DNA of 64,000 bases from Nemertoderma westbladi (taxonomy: Eukaryota; Animalia; Xenacoelomorpha). Shown piece after piece: positions 11,735 to 25,015 of the stretch; position 1 is the first letter of the stretch, and the number at the start of each line of letters is the position of its first letter. The translations under genes were made by a program, and so were the position numbers. Below the pieces are notes generated by a model. That model was not told the origin of the DNA and did not search any database. It saw only the letters and a program-made list of their open reading frames with translations. The stretch covers positions 5,314-69,313 of the forward strand of contig JAUCBJ010002579.1 in assembly GCA_032718475.1 (NCBI GenBank), given 5' to 3'.

Positions 11735-12647
11735 TATTCATATCAATTATTTTTGTGGGAATTATACAGTATGTGCTTTCGTCAGTTTATTTTTCAAACC
11801 AAACATTTATTTTTTATATTAGTAGATTTATTTTGTGTTTATTATTTCCTTATAGTTACTTGTGCAGTTAATTGTGCGGTCACTAATAGCCTTAATTGGT
11901 TGATGTGCTTATTATACAATACAATTATACCCTTATTATCTATACAATGACAAAAAACTGTTGCGGTCTTTTGTATTGCACCTTCGCTCTTTTATATTTG
12001 TAACACTATACATATGTTGTGACTTTTTACATTGAATATCTCGAGAACTAGACAATTAGAGTACTGTCTTCTCGATTATACCTGCTAGGAGTGTAAAGCG
12101 CGCGCATGGATATAAAACCACACAATTAAAACTATTTAGTTATACGGCGAGTATATTACTGAATGCAAACATAAATGAAGGATTACGATAATTATGACTA
12201 ATAAGGTTTAAAATAATTCAATTCATTAATACGTCATATAACACCACGAATAATAAGTCCGGGCATATATTGCCTTAATTTACTTCCCACTCCCCCACCC
12301 CCCTAATATTTTTATAAATAATAATCATAAACTAATTTTTCTTAAATTAGTTCTCATAATTAATTAAATTAGATCTCAATAAGTTTAAAACAGATATACG
12401 CCTCTCGACTTTTTACTTTTTTCTCAGAATTGTATATTTCATTTAAATATTTTGCTACAACAAGCGATAATAAATCTCATTAAGAATTCTAGAAAATTAG
12501 GGAGGAGGGGGAGTTGGGTACCTGAATTAATATACTATAATCTAAGACGAGATAGAGTTATGTATAAAATTTAGGGATATAAAAAAAATAAACCTAATTA
12601 GATACCATTTATTGCACATCTCAACTGAATTAGTGACTTCCTGGGAT

Positions 12648-15600
12648 TTATTTGTATCGATTAATGAGTTTTCGAAGTTTCTCCAATCTGTTCTGCAGCT
12701 CTTTATCAATACCGGACCCTCGAGAAATCTGTAAGTCGCCGACAGTCGCCTCAAACCCAGGCGAAACCCGGTCCATTAGCGCTGAGTTCAATTCGGCCAA
12801 AGTATTGAGAGTCTCAAAAAATCGAGGTTGGCTGCCTCTAATGTTCTTGGATATAAAGTTATTTACAATAGGGACAAATACTTTGTTATCAACATCTAAA
12901 GTTAATAGAATTTTCAGTAGCTCCAGGGATGACTGCTTTGCGATGCAGTTATCCATTAGCTGACAACGGAGTAAAAGCGGCATTGTGGTTTCAATAATTT
13001 TTAATTTTATTCCGGACTGAATTGTAACATCCATAACTAAAGTTTTGTAAAACATCACTGCCGCGCGAAACTTCGAAGAAGCTGTTGGGTTTTCTGACAT
13101 CATTATACAATCTTTAATGAGGTCTACAAGGCAATCGGCAAATAGCAATTCTTTGGTGATTTCCGTTTCAGAGATCGACTTAAAACAGGTGTAGAAAGGA
13201 TGCGAGTCTATGGCAGAGTTGCCGGTTATGAACTGAAGGAAATATATTGAAACAGAATCGTTTAGTTTCCTACATATATAGGGATCTCTTGTGTAATCCA
13301 GGTATGCCAGTCCCAGCATAAAGTGATTGAAATACTTTCTGACACAAAGTGCATGTATGTAGTACGGGGTTGGACTTCTTTCTGTTGCGTGGGATTTATG
13401 GAAGAGCAATACATCAAAGAATGTTGAAAATATCTTGTTTGATTTGGCTTGAGCATAAAGAACTCTTGATGCAAAGTGGCAAAGGTGTGAGGAAACGATA
13501 AAGATTGATTCAATCTGATCATTAGATAGGTTGCTTCGATTTGTAAAAGATTTCTCGATATAATCAAAGGTGTCACTGAATTGGATTAAAGTTCTAGAAC
13601 GTAATGCTCCTCTATCATATAGAGTTTCGCAATCATTATATGCGGTTTGTATATTTCTTATAAACCTTAACAATAAGGATTGTGCTGTTTGTGACCTTTC
13701 GTTAGCAATGAGACCGATGTCACAAACAATTCGAGTTAATTCCTTCAAATGAACGTTGCTTTCATTGACAAATACAGCACATTGAATCCAAGTGCGAAGC
13801 AGTATCTGTCCGTATTCAACCCGACCCACTAGTTGGATTAGTTTATCCTCTATGGAATGGCTGCATGATAAGTTGGCCAGGTATTGGCACGCAGAAATAT
13901 GATCAACGGAAGAGCAACTCGAGAAGTAGGTGAAGGATTTATGGAATTCCGATCCTGGTGATTCAGCTGCAGACGACTCTGCGAGAATAAAGGTTAAACT
14001 ACAAACTAATTTCAGTGAAACTTCCTGCGGAGTAGCACTGCGACAATGATGTCTGCAAAATGGCAATAAAATCGTTGATAAATGCGATATAATTGATGAA
14101 GAACGAGATGATGATTTGGAAGTTAATCGATAGTTATCCAATATTTTGCTGAAATGGGGTATTATTTGTTGAACTTCGGCGGAGTTGAGATTTAATAAGA
14201 TATCCTTTATGGTGCAGGGAAGGAGTGACACCAAAGTTGATGTGGAATCATCCAGAGGAGTTGGTGAAAATATAAATTGTTTCAGAAGCTCCAGATAATT
14301 AGTAAACATTAAGGCTGCTTGTGATCGTTGGAGAGGGTCGCAAAGTTTACTATTGAAATATCTTGTTACACTCCGTTCTAAAACAGCAGAAATTCGCGCT
14401 ATGAACACGGTCTGCATGGGGGTATTGGGTACAACTTTTAACCAGAGGAAGTTAATAATCAGTAAGATGTTGTCATTCCTAGAAGCTGATCTGTTTGAAT
14501 AAATACATTCCGATAAATCTAGGTATTTCTCAGAGACTTCAGTGATATCAGTTAATAAAGCCAATGCAATAAATAATGAAGTAAAGTTCCTTACACCATG
14601 TGCCGAAAGTTCCAGAATTTTACGAGGGGAAAAATTCAAATAAAATCTACTTTTAATCCTCTTCCAATTGTTTTGGTTATCTTTCAATAAATTAGACAAC
14701 AATTTTAAGAAGTAATGAAAACTGGTAGAATCATTTCTTCTGCTCACAAAATTTGAAGTATCACCTTTATCTGCAACAAATGATTGAATTAATTGAAACC
14801 AAGATTCAGGAGACTCAGAAAAATTCAAACAATCAACCGTTGAATCGACTCTAAATGATTCATTGATATATTTGCTAAAATACAGCCATAAATGAAGAAT
14901 TATATTGATATTACAACCCCAAAGTGCAGTCAGTTCCATCAAATATTTACAGTAATCAATCGCATCGCAATTTGACAACATTTTACCATCACATACAAAT
15001 GTTTGTTTAACTAAAACTAAAATAATATCCCAGTCTTTCCAGCTTGGTAGATTTGAAGCCACCTCCGCTTTGGAAAAAACTGTAGAGAAAGTTGATGCTA
15101 ACATCCATACAGTTTTTATTTTATGCAAATCACTATGTTTTTCAATATTATACAAGTGGTAGTGGAATGGTGTTATCTCTTCTGAAATATCGCTGTTCAA
15201 TACATAAAGCAAAGCATTCGATAGTAATTCATTAAACTTAAGTGAATTTCCGATAAAACTATTTATCATGACTTGCAGCAATTGTAAAAGACCCTTGTAA
15301 CATTGGCAGTGAAATTTGTGTGGTGAGTGTAGTCGGTGATTATCACGTGTTCTAGAGACTATATCCTCCCCAATAGTAATCTGTACAATCCAATCGGAAA
15401 TTATGAAATATATAAGGTTACAAAGCAGAGGGTTGGTGTTATTAGATTTACCGTCAAGATCAAAAGGACTGCCAATGATGTCATCAGTTAATAAAGCCTT
15501 ATCCACAAAATTATCATGACTATAATTCTCTAATAAATAAATAATTAACAACGTGTAATAGTATATATTAATATAGAGATGGAATAATGCATTACTTGGA

Positions 15601-16343
15601 TTCTCTTCAGGGTTAGTTAAATTCCACTGTTTTGCGACATTCGACAGTCTTCCAATCTGACAAGTTAGTCCACAGAGTTCGGAAAATATTGATAATCGAA
15701 GATCGTGTGTTGTGAATGCATTGAAAGATATAATATTTAGAGCTTGGCTTTTAGGATGTTTCAATATACATTCATGTTGAGACTTTACAGACACAAAAAC
15801 GAATGCCAAAAAAGATGATATTTGCTCGCAAATAACAAGGGACTGTTTCAAGTTGCACTCATTAATGCTAATATTTGAAACAGGCATGTTGGAAAGTCGG
15901 CGTAATTCGTTCAATTTTATTTTAAGCAGATTGAACAATGTTGAGTTAGCTGTTTCCAATGATCCAAATTTATAGCCAAAAAATTGATTCCGATTCAAAA
16001 GCGACATTGATGAGTTGACTGAAAACCATGCATTTACATTTCCAGCTCCAGTGATGGCGTTTAAATTATCAATAAAATCAGCATATTGTTCTTCTGATGA
16101 ACGCAAAAGATGACAGTAATAGAAAACAGGACCATCTAGAGAATTAACAGGAATTTCTGTCTTGTCACAACACTCGTTTGTAGCAACTCTCTCGCGAAGT
16201 TCATCATTCAATGTGGGTAGCAAAAAGGGTGAAACAATTGTTGGTTGAATTGAGTTTACAGTAAATGTGGGACTTTTACAGACATAGTCATCGATATCTG
16301 GCGATGATGGGGGTGTAAATGAATTCTCAATGAAGTTATCCAT
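12648..16343 (-). CDS. MMS22L: MMS22-like DNA repair protein, uninterrupted 1231-aa ORF
   Basis: Motifs colinear with MMS22L as recalled: FTPPSSP, LFHLYINI, CQCYK, WGCN..II..LW.YFSK.IN.SF, WKRIKSRFYLNF..RKILELS..GV.NF.SLF; length close to vertebrate orthologues. Confidence 0.85.
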   Translation of the reverse strand: MDNFIENSFTPPSSPDIDDYVCKSPTFTVNSIQPTIVSPFLLPTLNDELRERVATNECCDKTEIPVNSLDGPVFYYCHLLRSSEEQYADFIDNLNAITGAGNVNAWFSVNSSMSLLNRNQFFGYKFGSLETANSTLFNLLKIKLNELRRLSNMPVSNISINECNLKQSLVICEQISSFLAFVFVSVKSQHECILKHPKSQALNIISFNAFTTHDLRLSIFSELCGLTCQIGRLSNVAKQWNLTNPEENPSNALFHLYINIYYYTLLIIYLLENYSHDNFVDKALLTDDIIGSPFDLDGKSNNTNPLLCNLIYFIISDWIVQITIGEDIVSRTRDNHRLHSPHKFHCQCYKGLLQLLQVMINSFIGNSLKFNELLSNALLYVLNSDISEEITPFHYHLYNIEKHSDLHKIKTVWMLASTFSTVFSKAEVASNLPSWKDWDIILVLVKQTFVCDGKMLSNCDAIDYCKYLMELTALWGCNINIILHLWLYFSKYINESFRVDSTVDCLNFSESPESWFQLIQSFVADKGDTSNFVSRRNDSTSFHYFLKLLSNLLKDNQNNWKRIKSRFYLNFSPRKILELSAHGVRNFTSLFIALALLTDITEVSEKYLDLSECIYSNRSASRNDNILLIINFLWLKVVPNTPMQTVFIARISAVLERSVTRYFNSKLCDPLQRSQAALMFTNYLELLKQFIFSPTPLDDSTSTLVSLLPCTIKDILLNLNSAEVQQIIPHFSKILDNYRLTSKSSSRSSSIISHLSTILLPFCRHHCRSATPQEVSLKLVCSLTFILAESSAAESPGSEFHKSFTYFSSCSSVDHISACQYLANLSCSHSIEDKLIQLVGRVEYGQILLRTWIQCAVFVNESNVHLKELTRIVCDIGLIANERSQTAQSLLLRFIRNIQTAYNDCETLYDRGALRSRTLIQFSDTFDYIEKSFTNRSNLSNDQIESIFIVSSHLCHFASRVLYAQAKSNKIFSTFFDVLLFHKSHATERSPTPYYIHALCVRKYFNHFMLGLAYLDYTRDPYICRKLNDSVSIYFLQFITGNSAIDSHPFYTCFKSISETEITKELLFADCLVDLIKDCIMMSENPTASSKFRAAVMFYKTLVMDVTIQSGIKLKIIETTMPLLLRCQLMDNCIAKQSSLELLKILLTLDVDNKVFVPIVNNFISKNIRGSQPRFFETLNTLAELNSALMDRVSPGFEATVGDLQISRGSGIDKELQNRLEKLRKLINRYK

Positions 16344-17216
16344 CTGTTACTCGAGGAAGTAATATAAACTAGGTACCGTATGTTAAACCGGTAGTGTAAC
16401 AAAATAATGCTGTAATGGAATAACATAAATATATCACCTACCTACCGCTTCCAGTATCCTATTGGAGGCCTATTTACCTCAATGTCCTGGGATATAGTGT
16501 GATTATTCAGGTAACTGCCCCCGAAAAATAAATGTTTCTACAAATTTTAATGAGACTGCATAAAATTTGTAATAATAGAGATAGTTTCATCTCCCTCCTC
16601 CACGCTGGGTAGCCACAATTTAAATTTTTAGCTCTGACTCTTTAGCTATAAGCTATCTTTAGCTATATGATTAAGGTATATTCCTCCAGTTACGCCGCAG
16701 TTATTATTCAACCTTCATGATTTCTTGGTACCTGACGGGAAGGTGGCCATGCAAGGATTCCAAATATGATACAATCTGGATTTTGTTGAGAACACATTTG
16801 TTTATAATTATGTATGAATAGCGACATAATATTATGATTAAAGAGATACACATTGTTGCCAGGCACTGCACCACTGCAGGTAGTGCTGCAGTGTTGAACG
16901 AACAGGTACCTGAATAAAGATACTATAGTCCACGATATGGTGTAGGAAGTAGGAGTAACAGGTGTTAGGCTTATGTATCAGGTCTAAGTTTAAGTGGTAT
17001 TTACACTATACAGCTATGACCAGACTTCCTGGTCCCAGGCTGCCAGGGTGTATTTTAACCCCCTCCAGTGAAAACTCACCCCTGCTCCTACATTTGTCCA
17101 TTTTCACTCTCTGCAAATCCACCCCCAGATAAAATTCCCGTGTATTCCAGTATTCTCATTTACAGTGCATCTGCATGTAAAAATAGATAGCTAGATTGAT
17201 AGATACACGGTAGAAT

Positions 17217-17610
17217 TCAGCACGTTAGTAAAATGTAGTAATTGTAGACACTGTATGGCCCTTCGCGCAGCACGTGAGTAGCGAAATAGAAATAAATATA
17301 CAGTATTCGCCCTTCACGCAGTATGAAACAGAAACATACACATACAGCCTGACAGTAGTAAATGACGGATGTGACTTCGATCACCATGAAAATTACGTAA
17401 TAAATAGGTAGGCCTAGAGGGAGAGCCATTGTCAGATTGTAAAACCCGTTGATCAGCACGTGAGTAATATGTCTGTATGTAGGCCTAGTATAGTAAATAT
17501 AGAAAGAGACACTGTTGGGCCCTTCTGCCTTTCACGGTGCAGGCGCAGCACATTTGTTACATTAACTATATATACAGTGTTGGGCCCTTGGCGCAGCATG
17601 TTAGTTAGAC
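17217..17610. repeat. Degenerate dispersed repeat (GCCCTTCGCGCAGCACGTGAGTA-like, ~5 copies)
   Basis: Motif variants near 17218, 17258, 17308, 17454, 17518 and 17584. Confidence 0.45.
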
Positions 17611-17689
17611 GTGGGTGTCGGAGTGTTTTTCTTGCCGAAGTGATAATCTAACATGTTTCAAAACACAATGACACGACACACGGTTATCG

Positions 17690-18945
17690 TTCATATGCGT
17701 ACCTCTGGCAAAAGAAGCAGGTTACAGTGGTGGTGTTTTCTAACCAAAACAATAAACTAATCTCCATTACTTAATTAACGGAAAGGAGCAGGTTACAGTG
17801 GTGGGCTTTTCTAACCAAAACAATAAACAATATCTCAATAACATAGGGTATTTCATACTTATAATAGTCTTATTTTTGCAATACGAAAATACCAGAGGTA
17901 CGCATATGAACTATAACTCGACCCACTGACACAAGAAGCAATCGACCTCACAATAATCAATATAAAGCACTGATGAAATATTCAATTTATTTATTCTCGA
18001 ATCTCTGTAGCCTTTAATAGGCCTAGCACAGCACACTGTAAACTAAACAGGGAAAGTAGGGCTGAAGTAACCGCCCATGTGAAGAATACCAGACTTTCTG
18101 CCGTTATATTTCACTTTGCAGTTACCCCCATGCTGCCATGTGAAGTGAAGTGAAGCATACCAGGTTTTCACCAAAAACACAGGTTACAGAAGGACTGAAT
18201 CTAACCAAAATAAGAAACAAAATTAGTAGTATATGACATATGTGCTAGGGATCGACCGAATTATTCGGTTCGGTACCGAATTTTGCCGAATATGGCATAT
18301 TCGGTTCCGGCCGAATTTTAAAATTTGAGTTGCCGAATATTCGGCACAATTGCAAATAACTACAGTCAGACGGTAGACGCAACATCAGAACATAGCTGTA
18401 AGAAATTAAATATAATGAATCTGATGTATTACAGTATTAAGGTATAGCAATTAGCAGTACAGTACAGGATAAGACAGTGACAGTTTGCAACTGCTGAACT
18501 GTGGTTTGCCTTATTTTATAATATGTATAACATATGATTATGGATTAGGCCTAATGTTAGGCAAAGTAGGTTTTGAGTTCAAATCCCAGTCGCCGATATA
18601 CTTTTTTGTAATTACATTTTTAGCACTCAATCGGTACAAAATTGCAATTATAACCATAAATTTGGTACGCCTATAACAGTATAAAACAATACAGGTTTGC
18701 ATTGATTAATTTTTTTCGACAAAAAAGTAAATTAAATTATTAAATTTAATTAAATTATTTCTGTCTTATAACCTCTATATACATATTATGTACAGGTTAT
18801 AAGACAGAAATAAGCGCTATAAAACTCTTAGGCCTAATAAAAAGATAAATTTAAATAAAAAATCTTCATATATAAAATTCCAATAAAAATTCGACCGAAA
18901 CGTGAAATCCTGGTATTCTTCACTTCACATGCTGACATGGGCGGA
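17690..18945. repeat. Interspersed repeat family, copy 1, interrupted by a hAT-like fragment
   Basis: Shares AGCAGGTTACAG..TTTTCTAACCAAAACAATAAAC units and the AAGAATACCAGACTTT..GCCGTTATATTTCACTTTGCAGTTACCCCCA block with 23930-24850. Confidence 0.6.
18247..18350 (+). mobile_element. Left end of hAT-like MITE (partial)
   Basis: TAGGGATCGACCGAAT start followed by clustered CCGAAT/ATTCGG subterminal repeats; no matching right end seen. Confidence 0.45.
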
Positions 18946-18975
18946 AGTACTGAAGTAACTGTCAGCAGTCAGCAC

Positions 18976-21942
18976 CCTATATGGAATACTGACAAAAAGC
19001 GCGCCACACGCGTTCTGGTTAAACGAAAATCGCGCCAGCCATGATATCTAATGCGCGCCAAGCCAACAATTGACTATGAAATTTTGCAGTAATTGCTTAA
19101 TTTTAATAATTTATCAGTTTATAATGCTGTAGCCCTACAGTATTTTAACATTAAAATGCGAGCGTAGCGAGCAAAGAAATTTTCCAATTATGTTAAACAT
19201 AAATACAGTCCGACAGTAATAGTCAGATAGTGCTGTAGTTATTGTAGTAGTAGTAGGTCAACGTCAACTGACTGTTTTTAAATGTAGATGTGATCAAGAC
19301 TGCAAGATGCGAGCGTAGCGAGCACGAAAATTTTAACATTTCAGCATTTAAAGTAGGCAAACCGACTGTTTTCAATTGCAGAAATGCAGATGTCATTAAA
19401 TTGCGAGCGTAGCGAGCACGGAAATTCTGCTGAATCATGCAGGCTGTCATGGTTTTATTGGTTTGAAGAATCTGACAATTGAAAAACTTTTGAAACAAGT
19501 CATGTTTTTAATGGTCATGCTCAATCTGTCTGTTTCCATTTGTCCACAGCCAGACAGTGCTAAGAGTAGGCTTACAGTATAAACGCGAGCGAAGCGAGCG
19601 GACATTTTTCAATCTTTTTAAACCTATGGAATAATTTCAAATAGAGCTGTAGAGTGGGATGTGTTGCTAGTGCACTGCTACGCAACCTCCTACTGCCCTA
19701 TCCTGCTATCCTAACCCTACATCCATATTCGCGCCAGGACCGCCAGGATCCTCAATGCGCGCCACACGCCCTTGTCACTACGCGCTAGGATCCTTAATCC
19801 GCGCCACACACCCCTGTCAGTAGGGAACACATGCCCAAACAGGCAGTGCAGACTTTGCAAAATGCACTGCCATATTAGGCAGTTTTAGCCTAAATTTCTG
19901 ATAAAATGTCAATTTTTATTAACTTCCTGCTCGAAGGGCCCCTTTTTTATTTCATGGGATGAAAATATAGTATGTATTGCAAGGTAAATAGAAAATTTGG
20001 TAGACTTTCACAGTTGGGTTTTAGAGATATCAGACTTTTAAAATTTCTAGTCAAAAGCATGCACTGCCCAAAATAGCAGTGTTCTGCTTAATATAGCAGC
20101 ATAGCATACTGTTTGAACTAGCAGTGCAATGCTTAAAATGGCAGTGCAAAATCAGAAAATGCATTCAGCATTACATACAATGTTTCAGCAATTCTGATGG
20201 AAACAATATATATATATATATAAATAAAAAATAACCAATATTCAACAGATTTTATAAATCAATTTTTCACAGTTTGAAACAGTTGGAAAAAGAAAGACCC
20301 GATCATTTTTCTCCTGAATTTGTAAATATTATATCTGTATATGGTATGTTGGTTTGTATTGCATTCTCTATATCCGTTACTATTGTCGAATGTATGACTT
20401 TGTATGTGTGTTAATCTACGTACTCCTATTGCCTATTGTAAACATAAATGCTCATCTCAGTTTTAGCTTAATTTATACTATCGCAATATTAGCTTGTTAA
20501 TTTTAATTTTTAATTTGTAATATTTTTATATTGTAGATATTCAGTATTATGTTTGTTTTACTCTACATGTTTTACTATTAACGTTTATTCTATCCAGCCA
20601 CTCACAGCCAGCCTATTGTACTTGTACACAAAAACATTAGTATCAAATTTTGCTTTGAAAAAATATACTGTTGCAACATGTGTTTGTTAGAATATATTAT
20701 CTTAATCTTTATTATTATTTTATATTTATGTTGGTTTTACTCATTGCTCACTCTATCTATATTTTACGTTTTCCATCTACTGTAAAACCAACATAATACT
20801 GTATCAATTTACAATTAATTGATTTATATCAATTTTAGATTACTGGTCAGCCGGTAAGTCATACTGTATCAAATACTAGTTTATCTAAATATAGACTATT
20901 TTTTAGTATCTAAATTGGATTTAATTATTTCTTACTAATGATCTGCTGATGACTTCTTATACAGTAATTCAGTAATTTGTATTTTGTTAACAAATAATGC
21001 CTTATCAGTTAATCCTTAAACAGTGCCTTATAAGAAATTTCTCTCTACACCCATAAATTATTAAACAATAAATTTATCAAGGGGAGGTAAATTTCTGTAC
21101 AGACCCCTTAAAGATATGACAGTTTTAAATATGATATATATTAGGCCTAATGACAGAATGATTTTATTACTAAATATTTACTAACAATAATTATCAGTTA
21201 CCATATCAATCAGTCAATAAACATAAATTTTATCATTAGCGAACTGTAACTTTTAATATTAACAAACTATAGGCCTATATTGTATATATTGCATATTGTT
21301 ATAATGGCCACATATATATTAATATTTTATACAGTATAATAAATATATTAATAAATTACCTGTCAGTGACTGTGTAAATTGTTAACCAGTTAACTGAATA
21401 ACTAACAAAAATAAAATATATAAATTGCTTTCAAAAGGATAGTCTTATATACTGTAGATAGATAGGCTGTTTAGCAGATACAGTACAGACAGAGATAGAT
21501 AAACTCTGAAGGACTGAAGGATGCCTGGCATTGCCAGGCTCTCCAGCTCTCCCAGTCTCCTACAGTCAGGCAGAAGGAATTAATTCAATACCATAACTGC
21601 CATTTTAGGCAGTGCATGTTTTTGGCTTGCAATTTTCAATGTCAAATATCTCCAAAACCCAACCATGAAACTCTTACTACATTTTGTATTTACCTCCAAT
21701 ATATATCATATTTTCATCCAATGAAATAAAAATGGGGCCCTTCCAGCAGGAAGTTGATAAAAATTCACATTTTATCCGAAATTTAGGGTAAAACTGCCTA
21801 ATATGGCAGTGCATTTTTCAAAAATGGCAGTGCGTCTGTGCTGCCAATTCGGGCATGTGTTCCCTACTGCCTGTCACAACGCGCCAGGATCCTTAATCCG
21901 CGCCACACATGTTGAGCAAACTCTACATAAATTCCAACCTGG
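18976..21942 (+). mobile_element. Non-autonomous DNA transposon, copy A, 8-bp TSD GTCAGCAC
   Basis: Ends CCTATATGGAAT / ATTCCAACCTGG; TSD at 18968-18975 and 21943-21950; near-identical to 22359-25984 outside the nested inserts. Confidence 0.85.
19818..21869. mobile_element. Nested TIR element with ~250-bp imperfect TIRs and 5-bp TSD CCTGT
   Basis: CAGTAGGGAACACATGCCC / GGGCATGTGTTCCCTACTG; CCTGT at 19813-19817 and 21870-21874. Confidence 0.85.
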
Positions 21943-23929
21943 GTCAGCACTGTCTGACTGTAGGTTTCTGGGCTTAGGCCTATACCTGTATCATGTGTAT
22001 ACCGGTAGCAGTACAGCAGTAGGCCTAAGGCAGTACAGCAGTAAGGTATTTAAATTAATATAGAAATTTAAAATATCATGGGTAGATGGCAGGATGACCC
22101 AGCTACCCCTACTGCCCTACCCCTGCCCTATTTACCATTTCCTGATTTCCTCGAATATAGCTGTATAGGCCTAGTGCTCAAGCGCTGTAGTGTCTTTATT
22201 GCGTATTGCTGTATTGAGGAACATGATTTCTCCCCCCCCCCAAAAAAAAAATTTCTACAAATAACAAATATTAATGAGATTCCATGAAATTTGAAACAGA
22301 CATCGTTTCACCTCCCTCCAGGTCAGCAGGTGCCAGGCTGCCAGGGCCAGGCTCCAGCCCTATATGGAATACTGACAAAAAGCGCGCCACACGCGTTCTG
22401 GTTAAACGAAAATCGCGCCAGCCATGATATCTAATGCGCGCCAAGCCAACAATTGACTATGAAAAATTTTGCAGTAATTCTGTAATTGCTTAATTGTAAT
22501 AATTTATCAGTTTATAATGCTGTCAGGCTGTAGCCCTACAGTATTTTAACTTTAAAATGCGAGCGCAGGAGCGTAGCGAGCAAGGAAATTTTCCAATTAT
22601 GTTAACATATATCTGTATATACAGTCTGACAGTAATAGTCAGATAGTGCTGTAGTCTGGTAGTTGTAGTAGTAGTAGGTCAACGTCAACTGACTGTTTTT
22701 AAATGCAGATGTGATCAAGATGCGAGCGTAGCGAGCACGAAAATTTTAACATTTCAGCATTTAAAGTAGGCAAACCTGGCTGTTTTCAAATGCAGAAGTC
22801 ATTAAATTGCGAGCGTAGCGAGCATGGAAATTCTTCTGAATCATGCAGGCTGTCATGGTCTTATTGGTTTGAAGAATCTGACAATTGAAAAAACTTTTGA
22901 AACAAGTCATGTTTTTAATGGTCATGCTCAATCTGTCCGTTTCCATTTGTCCACAGCCAGACTGCCAGACAGTGCTAACTGCTAAGAGTAGGCTTACAGT
23001 ATAAACTGATAAACGCGAGCGAAGCGAGCGGACATTTTTCAATCTTTTTAAACCTGTGGAATAATTTCAAATAGAGCTGTAGCAGTGTAGAGTGGGATGT
23101 GTTGCCAGTGCACTGCTACGCTACCTCCTACTGTCCAAACCTAACTGCCTAACCCTACATCCATATTCGCGCCAGGACCGCCAGGATCCTCAATGCGCGC
23201 CACACGCCCCTGTCACTATCAGGGCTGGCAAAGTAGGTTTTTGTAAACCTAGGTTTTTGTAGGTTTTTGTCAAAAACCTAAAATTTGAAAAAAGCCTAAA
23301 ACTAGGTTTTTAGGTTTTTGATTTTTCATCTTTAATTTGCCTTTTAATTTCATTTGTACACTCAAAACAACTGAACAAGTCAACTTGCATTGTCAGCTGA
23401 TGAGTTCCAGTCCAGTCCAGTTCCCAGTTGTCTTGTCACTGCTGACTGCTGAGCTGACAAGCTGACTGATGCAAGTTAGCTGATGCAAGTTACCGTAGCA
23501 GTCAGATGGTCCGGTACCGGCTGACCGGGAGGTAGAATAAAACGTCTGTCCTTATCTGATCTGATCTGACAGCATCTGATCCTACAACCAATCAGGAGAA
23601 AGAGATATAATATTTACCTAATTGTCTGTTAGGTAAATAGCCAGTAGCTGAATAGGGGATCACGTTTCATGTTGCCCTGTCTGCCTGTTAAGTATCAGTA
23701 TCAGTATCATCATATGAAGTAGCAGTACAGGCATACCGGTATGCATCTAAATGCACAAAGGCATGTAATTATATTTATATATTATATTAAAAATGCGATA
23801 TAGGATGAAGGTTTGTTACGCTAAAGGCAGAAAGGGAAGGCAGGGAGGGGTATCTCTAAGCCTACTGGGTAGGCCTAGTGTGTATATGAAGAAACACTTA
23901 ACATGCCCCATATTGCCAGCTGATACAGT

Positions 23930-24850
23930 GGTGTTTACAGTATGCCTAGACGATGAAGGAATATCTGAATACGGGAAGGTGGATGGGGATGTGGGAATTA
24001 ATAAACGCTGTTGTTACCTTCCAATTGAAGGAAAAGAGCAGGTTACAGCGGCTGTAATTTCTAACCAAAACAATAAACGACAATTGTTACCTACCAATTG
24101 AGGGAAAGGAACAGGTTACAGAGACAGGGTTTTCTAACCAAAACAATAAACGATTTTGATACCTACCAATTGAGAGAAAGGAGAATGTTACCGCGGCTGA
24201 CTTTTCTAACCAAAACAATAAACAACCAGCGGGCACCTTCCCACATTCCCATCCACCCACACACCCATGTGGCAATAATATGCTGATAAATAATTAGCAT
24301 AAACATAATTAGTTTTAAGTACTATCAGACTATTATGTAGTAGTAAGGTATTCTGGTATTCTTCACATGGGCTAAGACAGTAAGAATACCAGACTTTGCC
24401 GTTATATTTCACTTTGCAGTTACCCCCATGTGAAGAATACCAGGTTTTCACCAAAAACACAGGTTACAGAAGGGCTGAATATAACCAAAACAATAAACGA
24501 ATTAGTATATGTCTGTATGTACAGATGTACAGGTTATAAGCCATAAATAAGCTCTCTATAATACACTTAATAAAGATCTGAAGATAAACAAAAAAAATTA
24601 AAATCTGCATACCGGTACCGTATATAAAATTCCAATAAAAGACGACCGAAAAGGTAAATCCTGGGCCGGCATCAAAATTTGGCTCCAGCCGCTAAAAACA
24701 AGTTTAAAATTTCTAGCTTATTTTATTTGAATTCCTTTTAGTTCGTTTCAGTTAGTATCGTTGTTTCAGAGGGGGAGGTGTTATATTGACCCCCCCCCCC
24801 CCCGTGTTTAAGGGGAATACCGGGGAAACTTCACATGCTGACATGGGCAG
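23930..24850. repeat. Interspersed repeat family, copy 2, with ~63-bp internal tandem units
   Basis: Homologous to 17690-18945; three to four AGGTTACAG..TTCTAACCAAAACAATAAAC units at 24000-24225. Confidence 0.6.
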
Positions 24851-25015
24851 AAACTCCAGTACTCATTTAGCTATCATTTAAGGATGCAAGGCAGAGATTC
24901 CTCGTTAAAAACCCTTAAAAACATTCGTGCCGAAACGAAAACTACCTTGGCCCCCATGCCGGGATTGAACCCACAACCTCCACGAGACGTGAATTCAATA
25001 TAACCACTACACCAA
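24851..25015 (-). mobile_element. tRNA-derived SINE, copy 2
   Basis: AAACTCCAGTACTCATTTA..AGGATGCAAGGCAGAGAT..CATTCGTGCCGAAACGAA..GATTGAACCCAC matches 4795-4975. Confidence 0.65.

Larger units (their letters stand above)
5880..11800 (+). mobile_element. Near full-length non-LTR retrotransposon (RTE-X-like LINE); ends approximate
   Basis: ORF1 plus APE-RT ORF2 plus C-terminal zinc finger in tandem; no TSD identified. Confidence 0.8.

Noticed and set aside
17217-17610. Repeat-spacer pattern resembling CRISPR
   Set aside because: Repeats are degenerate and irregularly spaced, more like transposon subterminal motifs
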